This document shows positions 19,332 through 28,706 of a stretch of DNA of 64,000 bases, in pieces. Both the position numbers and the translations under genes were made by a program. How positions within the stretch are numbered: the stretch's first letter is position 1; each line of letters starts with the position of its first letter. Under the pieces are notes generated by a model. That model was not told where the DNA came from, did not search any database, and worked only from the letters and a program-made list of their open reading frames with translations. Source of the DNA: an uncultured Nitrososphaeraceae archaeon (GTDB lineage: Archaea; Thermoproteota; Nitrososphaeria; Nitrososphaerales; Nitrososphaeraceae); assembly GCA_963837175.1 (NCBI GenBank), contig CAWIMJ010000057.1:64001-128000 (forward strand). The letters are read 5' to 3'.

Positions 19332-20243
19332 CTATAGAACTCTCGCTCCAGTATTATCTATATTACATACGATCAAGGTGCCTTCAAAATTCTTCAAATA
19401 TTGTTTCACATAATTTACCATGTCTAAAGATACGATAGTAAAAATCGTCTCTCCGAATAATGCAACCCCTGCTTGAATTCTGTGAGATTTTAAGCGTTCA
19501 AGTGGTTCTTTACACCTTAGTTCTGTTAAGCCAAGAGAACGGGCAAATTGGTAAGACATCCTTTGGAATTCATCAATATCTTTGGATACTCTTAATCTTT
19601 TTAACATCTTTTCACCAAGCGGATTTGCCAATGTTAAATTATTCATAAGAAATGCTTTGGTAGAAAGCGGGGCAATGCAAAAAATTACAGCTTTATAATC
19701 TTTGAGATCCATACTTTCTATATGTCCTACTCCCGGAGCACCAATACTAGTCCGTATTTCAAATCCTCCTGAAAATTCTGCAATCACGGTTCCTAAACCT
19801 GTTTTGCAGGCGATCTCCGCACAGTGTGCGATTTGTCCTACCTCGTACTTGGTAAGTTTTCTATCAAGCGCATCATTAAGAGCATATGATAGACTTAGGG
19901 CTCCTGCTCCACTTGAACCTAATCCAAAACCTATTGGTATATTAGTTTCATGCTTAATATTAATATAATATGGCTTGTGGAGGTCTTTAAGGTATTCCTC
20001 TACAACCCATCTGGATACATTCGCATCTTCGACTTTACCATTAATAGAAATCTGATAATTTGTTGTCTGAGATTCAAACACTTCTACGGTAGTCGTAATG
20101 CCGCGAGCAATAGAAAAACCCGCGCCCTTTGAACCAGCAGAATGGTAATCCAAGCAATTATCAGGTTTTATGACAATACCGGTAATGTGACCAGGACTGA
20201 ATGCCTTTGCCGTGGCAACTGGGGTTGCGATTACTGATACCAC
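19332..20243 (-). CDS. pok: Pantoate kinase (GHMP family)
   Basis: AFSPGHITG, GSKGAG, PIGFGLGSSGA and TGLGTV motifs; located in the CoA cluster. Confidence 0.92.
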   Translation of the reverse strand: MVSVIATPVATAKAFSPGHITGIVIKPDNCLDYHSAGSKGAGFSIARGITTTVEVFESQTTNYQISINGKVEDANVSRWVVEEYLKDLHKPYYINIKHETNIPIGFGLGSSGAGALSLSYALNDALDRKLTKYEVGQIAHCAEIACKTGLGTVIAEFSGGFEIRTSIGAPGVGHIESMDLKDYKAVIFCIAPLSTKAFLMNNLTLANPLGEKMLKRLRVSKDIDEFQRMSYQFARSLGLTELRCKEPLERLKSHRIQAGVALFGETIFTIVSLDMVNYVKQYLKNFEGTLIVCNIDNTGARVL

Positions 20244-20313
20244 ACATGATAATAGACTACCAAAAAATATAAAAATATTGTTTAATTAGTTTAAACAGGT
20301 ATAAACAAAATTC

Positions 20314-21327
20314 ATGTCACGCTATGCAAGAAGGTTACAGAAAATAGGAAGTAGTATGTTAATATCTTTGCCTAGTGAATGGGTCAAGAATAACAACTTA
20401 AAGAAAGGCAACATGGTAATGATCGAAGTTAATAGAAACAACTCAGTATCATTATATCCTTCTGATGCAGAAGCTGAAGATGTAAAAGAAGTAAATATAC
20501 CGTATCCTGTACGACCTACGGAGAGCCTCATAAATCAGATTTATGGTGCTTATCTGTTCGGATATAATATCATACGTATTAAAGGTAGGTCTCAAATATC
20601 TTTTGAAGATCGAGAGCTTATTAAGCTTGCAATGAGAAAACTTGTAGGACTGGAAATCGTTGATGAGGATGGATCTAATATAATTTCCCAGTTCCTACTC
20701 GATGCAAATACGTTAGATGCAGAGAAGATTCTTAGACGAATGAGTTCAATCGTAGCAGGAATGTATAAAGATACGCTATTGGGATTTCAGAAAAGGGAAA
20801 ACGGCATTGAGAAATTGATTGCGAGTAGAGATGATGAAGTTGACCGACAATATTTTTTACTAGTAAGGTTGATACGAAGTGCAATGATGGATCAGAAACT
20901 GGCAAGCAAACTCAATTTAAGCAATATTGATATTTTAGATTATCGAATAGCTGCAAATCATCTGGAGAGCGCAGGTGATTACATTACCGATTTTGCGACA
21001 GCTCTGCCTATCATTTCTCATGACAAACTAATCAAAGAGATAATTCAGGCTGGAACATTAATTGAGAAAATGCAAGAGAAATCTGTTGCTGGTTTTATAA
21101 GCAAGAATAGAGTTGAATCAAATGAGGTTGTTAATATGTATAGTACATTTAATGAGCTATTTAATTCAACAAAGGCCCTAGCGGCAAAGACAGAAATCTA
21201 CAAACAAGAATCAACTGTTGCAGTTCTTATTTCGATCTTTTCAATGGATAAAATTGCACGATGCTGGGTTGACATAGCTGATTTAATAAAGCCTGTATAT
21301 TTAACAGCGCCTTTGAAGAATGCATAA
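20314..21327 (+). CDS. AbrB-PhoU phosphate uptake regulator family protein
   Basis: RRLQKIGSSMLISLPSEWV AbrB N-terminus; RDDEVDRQY and LESAGD PhoU motifs. Confidence 0.9.
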   Translation: MSRYARRLQKIGSSMLISLPSEWVKNNNLKKGNMVMIEVNRNNSVSLYPSDAEAEDVKEVNIPYPVRPTESLINQIYGAYLFGYNIIRIKGRSQISFEDRELIKLAMRKLVGLEIVDEDGSNIISQFLLDANTLDAEKILRRMSSIVAGMYKDTLLGFQKRENGIEKLIASRDDEVDRQYFLLVRLIRSAMMDQKLASKLNLSNIDILDYRIAANHLESAGDYITDFATALPIISHDKLIKEIIQAGTLIEKMQEKSVAGFISKNRVESNEVVNMYSTFNELFNSTKALAAKTEIYKQESTVAVLISIFSMDKIARCWVDIADLIKPVYLTAPLKNA

Positions 21328-22259
21328 GATCGTAAATCCAAAAATCGGTTCTTTTTCATAGATGTACTTAAACTTGCGATTTATAACTATAAAAAATAAT
21401 CACTTTGCAGAAAATGAATTATTTTATTTCATCATAATGTTAATTCAAAAATGAGATTGTCTGTTGTTCCCATTTTTTATCAGTATCTTGTGTATTAGAA
21501 AATAGAAGTCATTGAATTAGTAGTGTCATCTATGCATCTTGCATTTTTTTCTTAAGGCTATCGCAATAGAGAGCAGACACAATCATAATAATTCGATAAT
21601 GTTAAATTATGTTATAATAATTGCACGGAAAATAATAACCCATAAAATTGCTATGTTTGTGTTATTAGCGACAAGCTGAAATCTAAGGAAAATTCTTTCT
21701 CCTATACAAAAAAATCTCTACTCAAGTTAATTCATTAGAAGTAGCGAACTTTCTACTGAGAGAATTAGATAACTTTAACAACCTAATCGGTACTCGAGTT
21801 TTCATAGGACTTATGAGTAGTGAAGAATACAGAAAATCTTTGTATAATTATTTGGTCTGCAGAATATCTCTATGATAAAAAATATGATGAGAAATCAATA
21901 GATGCCTGTTCTATCAAGCTTCGAGAATTATTAAATCAGCAACACAAACAATAGATGTAGTAGATACCTTTACAGTCCAAGATGTTTATACAATCAATTA
22001 TTGATCTTTTAAATGAATTGAAAATTATAATTCATCTCCTTTAAAGATGGGCATCGTCTTTATCACTGAGGAATCCTTAGAGCACATATGAGGAATCTAA
22101 GAAAATATGAAAAGATAATAAATATAAAGGATTTAATGAAATGATCTTAAACAATTGGAAGTTAGCCGTACAGAGTACAGTTTGAGTGAACTAATGTTAA
22201 ATGTACTTTTCTTCAAAGTCTAAACGGATTTACTTTTATAACAGAGTTTTGTTAGTAAG

Positions 22260-22712
22260 TTGATGTCAAATCCAGAGATTACAAATACAAAAGGTCAGAA
22301 TAAAACAACAAAAATTGCTATAAGAGATATGACTCCTGAACAAACTGCTGAAACCATTAAGAATATTGCTAAAAATATTCGCGAAGGATCACACAAGATG
22401 CGAGAAGCAGTAAAAGTTCTCCGCGAGAGTGGTGCGATTGACGAACTTACAGAGGCAGTTCGTGAAGCTACGGTAGCAGCACGTGATACTGTTAAAGAAA
22501 TTAGCGATACTGCAAAGGATATGAAAGAGCGTGGTGTAATAAAGGAGACTATTAATGCTGCGGAAGAAACTACTAAAGCAGCTCGCGAGACTGCAGAAAC
22601 CGTAAAGGATAGTGTAAGCAGAAGAACACAGCAGCCACAAACATCAACAAGTCAAGCCGAACTGACTGGAAAAACTTCGCGAACAAAAACATCAGAAGTT
22701 TCCTCTCGCTAG
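22260..22712 (+). CDS. Hydrophilic alpha-helical repeat protein (LEA-like), function unknown
   Basis: A/E/K/T-rich with no aromatic residues; two related units (LRESGAIDE / MKERGVIKE); followed by a T8 tract. Confidence 0.75.
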   Translation: MMSNPEITNTKGQNKTTKIAIRDMTPEQTAETIKNIAKNIREGSHKMREAVKVLRESGAIDELTEAVREATVAARDTVKEISDTAKDMKERGVIKETINAAEETTKAARETAETVKDSVSRRTQQPQTSTSQAELTGKTSRTKTSEVSSR

Positions 22713-22713
22713 T

Positions 22714-22720
22714 TTTTTTT
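22714..22720 (+). terminator. Oligo-T archaeal terminator
   Basis: T-run immediately after the stop codon of 22260-22712. Confidence 0.5.
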
Positions 22721-22867
22721 AGAATGGCAGCATTGTGAAAAGGCTACTTTGCTTATTTTTTTAAAGGCTCATATCCACCTCGCTTGCTAGAGAAGCATAT
22801 AATTAAATAATATACTCACATTTGATCATATTTCTTTCTATTCTATCAAATCGAACCCTCAATTGAT

Positions 22868-23154
22868 GTCAGAACCGCTGACAGTCATTGGAGATAAAAC
22901 TCGAGTTTCTTTCATTTTATTATTTGAAAGCAGCTTCCTATTCACTGGATTACACCAGATGTTAGTGTTAAAATATGGGTGGGAATCTTTCTTACTTCCA
23001 AAGAGCCTTATACAGATAATATGATGATTAATTAAGATTAAATATCCTAATCTTATATCAAGAACTATCGTTGTGTTGGCTAAGCCTATATCTGAACATC
23101 TTGAAATTTCCGCATGGATCATAATGTCTTAACATTACTAATCCTTCGCCATGC
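22868..23154 (+). ncRNA. Candidate multi-hairpin structured element
   Basis: At least 8 stems, including TTCCTATTCA/TGGGTGGGAA and AATATGATGA/TCGTTGTGTT (G-U on +), TAAGATTA/TAATCTTA and GCATGG/CCATGC. Confidence 0.35.
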
Positions 23155-23475
23155 ATTGGATTATAAAGCAGTTTGGATAAGAAGAGTCTTCACCTCTATT
23201 CATATTTGACAATATGTAACATTGGCATATTTTTCCTCAGCTATCACTTAAAGTTCGTGAACTGATTACCGAATCATTGGCGGAGCAAAAAGAAAATCTA
23301 GCAGAGTGTTGAACAAAAATGCAAGCGTCATTTAAAAACAAAGAAGGTCAATTTATAAGACTTCAGGGTTATTGACTGCCTATTTGTTAATAAATTTAAA
23401 ATGAAATTGAGAATGTTGTCTTTTCAAACTTTGTCAACAGTTAAATTATATTAAATTTAGGATATTAGAAAGTAT

Positions 23476-23736
23476 ATGGTTAATTTGTTTAAACGCTGGA
23501 AACCAAAAGGTAAGATGTATAGTTTAAGATGTTTTCAATGCGGTTCCGGTTTTCTTTCAAGTTACGATCTCGAAGCACCAATTTGTAGTAAATGCCTACA
23601 GAAGGCCAAATCGTTGGATTCAACTATTGATAACGAAAAGATTTGTAGAAAATGTGGGAAAAATGGCGTTATCTACGGAAAACAAGAGTGTCACTCTTGC
23701 TATTTTGGGTTTGAAAAGAAAGAATCACCTCGATAA
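23476..23736 (+). CDS. Small zinc-binding protein with four CxxC motifs
   Basis: CFQC, CSKC, CRKC and CHSC in 86 aa; ATG start with a TATA-like element upstream. Confidence 0.7.
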   Translation: MVNLFKRWKPKGKMYSLRCFQCGSGFLSSYDLEAPICSKCLQKAKSLDSTIDNEKICRKCGKNGVIYGKQECHSCYFGFEKKESPR

Positions 23737-23856
23737 ACCCAAGGTCCTAACCTAGGTTGTAAACTATTAATCTGATATATAAAATATTGAGTTTTACTGT
23801 GGACTTATATACAAATAATAGATTATATGTTTATTGGTAACAATTACTCCTAGAGC

Positions 23857-24294
23857 TGCTAATATAATAAAATTTAGTCCTATCGAGTCATCAAAGCATG
23901 AGGAGGAAATAGATAGAGCAACTGATAGATGGAAGTAAGTATCATAGAAATACTTAATTTACTGAATTTATTCTTCTATGCGACCTTGGAGGAGATAGTA
24001 AAAAGAGAGTAAACACTAATGAAAAGTGGAGGTTATCGCAATATCTTGGAGAACTAATCGACTAAATCTAGAATGGCAATGCAGTAAACCTATTCTACAA
24101 TTGTTCAAGTTGATGAACACAAATCTTTAGAAATTTATTTTAGATGATTGTTTCTATTATATGCTTTGCCATTGTACAGTGGTTGGATCCAACTAAACCA
24201 AATGATATTCAGGTACGCATACATTAGAATTGGAGGTTGATATATAGACTAATACTTTGATTGATGACTTTGTTTTATTACGGAGCAATTAGCA
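23857..24294 (+). ncRNA. Candidate large (about 440 nt) structured element or MITE-like relic
   Basis: Nested terminal pairings TGCTAAT/ATTAGCA, TAATAAAAT/GTTTTATTA and AGTCATCAA/TTGATGACT enclose several hairpins. Confidence 0.4.
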
Positions 24295-24337
24295 CTAAAC
24301 TCACATCATTTTGAAATTATTTTTGCATATGAACATG

Positions 24338-24856
24338 TCAGCTAATGTTTAGTCTATCAATTAATGAAAATATTTCATTTATTTGAAAAGAGTATAAATG
24401 CCAATCAATATTTGATAGATGAAGAATGGCATGGTGGTTAATTACATTTCCAGTACTGGTAAAAGCGTTAATCATGAATAGAATCACGATTAATGCACCG
24501 ATAACTGACGTTAAAATTATAATTCTCAATTTTAAGTCATTTAATTTGATCCTCTTTTTTCCTTTTTGTGATTGCTCCCTGATTTTCTTCACTGCTTCCT
24601 CTTTTCTCTTCTTGGCTTTCTTTGAATTTAGTATAGGTATCTTCTTCAATATAGATCCATCTGTAATGGATTTTTGAATCTCATATAGTAAAACTTCTCC
24701 TTGTTTAGATTTTTCATCGAAGAGTTCTAACGCTAAAGAGTAGTCATCTTTTTCTTGGCGTGATCTTTTACCTAGAGTACTAGTCCATTCTATAATCCAG
24801 GTTTTAGTGAAATCTTGTGGACCTCCCTCTGAATTGTTATCAGTGCTAGTATTCAA
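24338..24856 (-). CDS. Hypothetical single-pass membrane protein
   Basis: 172-aa ORF with a soluble N-terminus, a Lys-rich segment and one TM helix (IIILTSVIGALIVILFMINAF). Confidence 0.7.
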   Translation of the reverse strand: MNTSTDNNSEGGPQDFTKTWIIEWTSTLGKRSRQEKDDYSLALELFDEKSKQGEVLLYEIQKSITDGSILKKIPILNSKKAKKRKEEAVKKIREQSQKGKKRIKLNDLKLRIIILTSVIGALIVILFMINAFTSTGNVINHHAILHLSNIDWHLYSFQINEIFSLIDRLNIS

Positions 24857-25123
24857 TAGCTTTCTTAAGATTTAATATACAACAATAATTTATAAATACA
24901 TACGTTTTCAATAATTCAATTATTCATTCTATTATAAACGTAGAAGCGGCAGAATTAATAATTGATTATCTTGAGGAAAGTTGAAATTAAGGAATTCGTA
25001 TTATATATTTTATATTAAATAGCATAATTATTTGTTTGACAATGGTGTGCTATTTCAAAAAACTAGTACATAATTACTAAAATTATTTGTACACTTACTA
25101 TGTCTACCATATGTTATGATGAT

Positions 25124-25282
25124 CTATTCTAGTTCTGTTAATAAAATTTTATCTCAAAGGAGCCGTCAGATTTAATAAAGCGTTAGAATCTACTTCCTGT
25201 ATTAGATTCATATCAACTTCGTAAGTGATTGTTATGATCTCCTTTGTTCGCTTTAGCTACGGAAGAGCGGTTGTTAGAATAG
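25124..25282 (+). ncRNA. Candidate structured element with crossing (pseudoknot or alternative) stems
   Basis: CTATTCTAG/TTAGAATAG closing stem; AAAGGAG/CTCCTTT crosses TAAAGCG/CGCTTTA; GAATCTA/TAGATTC hairpin. Confidence 0.35.
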
Positions 25283-25741
25283 TTAATAATAATTACTTTC
25301 AAGTTCTCCTTAACTGCACTTATATTTTGTATATCAATGTAGATGAATAGTCAAGCTTAACTAATCCGCTTAACTAATCTACTAATTGTGTTTCCTGTTC
25401 AGTTTGTAATGATATTGTATTAAGAAGAAATATCAATCATTATAGCTATACTAGGGCAGTCAATCTCTCGTATCCTATGTTGGAAGAGGACCAAAAAATT
25501 TTGTCTATATTATATAGGATACCAGATAAAACATTAATGATCCATGTAAATAAACCAGGGCTTATTTTATAGAGTTAATGGATATAGAGAAAGATATATC
25601 GTTAATTGTTTCTTGAATCGTCTTTGAAGCATCAGTAGAATAACAATATTCTTGATTAATTTTCCGCGTTGTTGTCCAGGGTAAAGCAACAAAAGTATGA
25701 ACAGATAAATTTTTAGTGTCCGAAAACTATCGGCATATCTT

Positions 25742-26293
25742 ATGTCGGGTATCGGAGCATCAAGAACTGTTGCTATTGATGTAGATTCTGTTTTAGCTGA
25801 TGTCATATCCATATGGACACATGAGTATAATAAACGCAGGCACACCAGAATTACTAAAAGAGAAATTATAGCTTGGGATATTACCAAAATTCTACCTATT
25901 AGTCCAGATGATATATATCGACTTTTTAGTTATATATGGAAATATCGCTGGAAAGAAATCCCTCCCACTGAGCCTCAAATAGGAGAGATCACGCGAAAAA
26001 TTCATTGTAAAGGTTATAGGATCTCCATTCTGACAAAGAGAGAAAGGCCAACAGTAGCATATGTTGCAAAATGGCTTGACTTTCATGATATTTATTCTGA
26101 TGATTTGCTATTCGTTTATGATGCTACACCTAAAGCTGAATATCCATTTGATATTCTAATAGATGATGCTCCAAAAAACCTGTTAGATATAGCTCCCCCA
26201 AAGTCTGCAATCTTATTCAATCAACCATGGAACAGAGATTTTGACTGGCCAGTAAGAGTAACTTCATTGAGTGATGCAGAAAAAATGCTCTAA
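25742..26293 (+). CDS. HAD-superfamily 5'(3')-nucleotidase (NT5C-like)
   Basis: AIDVDSVLAD motif I, ILT motif II, DILIDDAPKN motif IV and QPWNR. Confidence 0.88.
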   Translation: MSGIGASRTVAIDVDSVLADVISIWTHEYNKRRHTRITKREIIAWDITKILPISPDDIYRLFSYIWKYRWKEIPPTEPQIGEITRKIHCKGYRISILTKRERPTVAYVAKWLDFHDIYSDDLLFVYDATPKAEYPFDILIDDAPKNLLDIAPPKSAILFNQPWNRDFDWPVRVTSLSDAEKML

Positions 26294-26816
26294 ATAAGGC
26301 CGAATAGACTTTGAAAATGCAAAAGCAAGTTTGCTGTCAACTATCTGTATCGACTCACAATAACTGGCTGTGGATAACCTTTGCGAATAGAAGTTAGACA
26401 TTTCCTAATTAATTGAATTTATCCCAAATTGAAATGTCACTGATTGGTATATAAATTTAAAGCGGAATGCGACAAAAAAACAAATCTATAACTTATACTG
26501 CTAAACTTTATTATTTCTATTATTTTTGGTTTACTTCTCTATTTTATAAATCCAGAAACGTTTAGTAATCAAGAATTTAAAAATAATTAAGTTTAGTTTT
26601 CAAATGCTACATTAACCACGACAATGAGTTATCTATTATTATTTATCCAAGTAAATGGACAGGTAGATCGATATATTCAACTAGAAAAGGGTTATTAAAT
26701 AAATTTGTCACAGATGTATATGCATTGGATAATTGATAGCTATAAAATCTCACTCATGTTACCTGATATTTGATGCCTTTGGGAATGTCCATCCATGGTT
26801 TACTAATTAGCCGAGT

Positions 26817-26940
26817 AAAACTAGTCTCTAACGTCAAGATTAACGTTTTAAAGGATACTTCATATCCTAAAATCCTAAATCTGGCTAGGATCTAAAATTC
26901 GCCACGGCTGTTTCATTGCCGTAGTTATGAGACTAGTTTT
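26817..26940 (-). ncRNA. Candidate structured RNA, five-way junction
   Basis: 12-bp perfect closing stem AAAACTAGTCTC/GAGACTAGTTTT encloses four hairpins, each with a G-U pair only on the minus strand. Confidence 0.6.
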
Positions 26941-27075
26941 CTAACTGAGGCCTCCATCTTGTCAATTTATACTGATAAGGTGCGTGTATTTCTTATAATC
27001 CTCATCTACCTTTTGACCAATTACTAAGTATGCGAAGTACTGATTCGATTCGACTAACCATTGCTTCTTTTTTAA

Positions 27076-28453
27076 TCATTTAACGTAATCTAAAAATCTT
27101 ACCCACTCGGGGAACCAGAGGTCATTTTCTGAAACACCTATACCACGTGCGAGTATTGCAGGCGAATTATAGTACACGGCATCTGCTTTGATGTCCTTTT
27201 TCAATGAATTGTTTAGACCGTCTATTGATGAAACTTTCCCGATATACTTATTTGCAATTAATTCCCTATTTTGCGTATAAAGACCAACCTGACGGCCATC
27301 TACTGTTGGAACATAACATACTATAACATAGATGTGGCTTACGCCAGCTTGACGTAAATAATGGATTGTCTCTTTGACTGTGCCTCCAGTTTGAATGGTA
27401 CCCTGGATGGTCGCTATTTTCCTGTTCTGAACAAGATTGTTTATTACAAATTTTAGCGATTTACCAGTTGTGAGTAATTTATTTTTGCTAATCTGTTCTG
27501 AAAAGTCAATCATATGATCAGAATCGTCATATCTATCTTTAATTATGCCCTCAGAAGCCTCAAAAGTTTTGGAATATTTTTGATACTCTGTGCTAAAGCC
27601 TAAAGTCATTGGACGAGTATAATCAGGTTCAGCATATGCTGAATCAAGCGCTATATCATTTGCTAGAAAATTAGCCTGTTCTTTTCCAATATTTTTTCTA
27701 ATGGCGTAAATACTTTTCCCATTGACTATTGCTGTAACATGAGATTCTCGGATAAATTCAAAGGGATCCATCATCACTCGATCTTTTGAGAGATGAGCAA
27801 GAAGTTCCAATCCATTTCTCTTACTCAATTTTAATAACTGACCAGGCTCTACATCATTAAAATGCATATTAATCAAAGATGTCCTTAATGAATTTTCCGA
27901 TGCGATAATTCTCAAAGTCTTGGAATTATTGGTAGCACTTACAAGTGGCTTGAAACCACTGCTATTTCTATAAGCATAGATATCATCATGCAATTTTAAA
28001 ATCATGTTCCCTTTCAAATGCCTATCTAAGAACTCTGCTGCCTCGTTCTGGATTTTGTTTTTTGATTAATAAATCTACAAATATGTAATATATCTTAAAA
28101 AGAGAATCTGATTCCTTGCCTTGTCCAATATTAGGATGCAAGTGTAACTTTTCAGTATCTACAAGGAAGCCATCAAGTAATACCTGTATTACCTTCATAC
28201 TAGGAAATTGCGGCGGTCTCTTAGAAAGGTATCCTATTCCATTATCACCACGTAATTTTTCATTCTCAACAATTTTCAAAATGGTATCGTCTTGGGGAAG
28301 TGATCCTTCTCTTTCGGCTACTATATTTCCTATAGCCATTTTCCAGTATGCTTTACCTCTATGCTGAAGCATTCGCATTGAGTGTGCAAGGTAATAGATT
28401 GCGTCCTTGGACGCGTCTGCACCAAGATTGTAAACAGCGACAATTCCAGCCAA
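27076..28453 (-). CDS. Amidophosphoribosyltransferase (PurF)-like protein, split by a 1-bp insertion at about 28044
   Basis: GIVAVYN...LQHRG N-terminus, IASENSL, VEPGQL, DPFEFIRESH and a PRT-like C-domain; removing one base joins the ORFs as NPEQAAEFLDRHLKGN (458 aa). Confidence 0.8.
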
Positions 28454-28706
28454 CTAGAGTTACTATGTAGTGTTAATTATGAAATGGATAAAAATCTTGT
28501 CTACATTCACGAATTCTATCTTCAAGAGGTTAATTTTTATCTCTAGAAAATGGTCTATATTTTTCTTCAGAAAATAGATTAATCAATTTTGCCTGGATGT
28601 AACATGCTAGTTAGTTGTATTATGATAATGTTATTATGATAATTAATAATTTAATTTTGGTATTGAAAGATATTAATCAGGCATATCATTTTCTTATAGT
28701 ATTATT

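Noticed and set aside
21813-21954. Possible frameshifted small ORF (MSSEEYRKS... / ...AEYLYDKKYDEKSIDACSIKL)
   Set aside because: Short, no recognisable family, and the frameshift cannot be validated
22859-23122. 87-aa minus-strand ORF
   Set aside because: Non-protein-like composition; overlaps the hairpin-dense region
26817-26960. Resemblance of the five-way RNA to IscB omega/HEARO RNA or a group II intron domain V
   Set aside because: Only a few short words match; there is no adjacent IscB/TnpB/RT gene and no AGC catalytic triad hairpin
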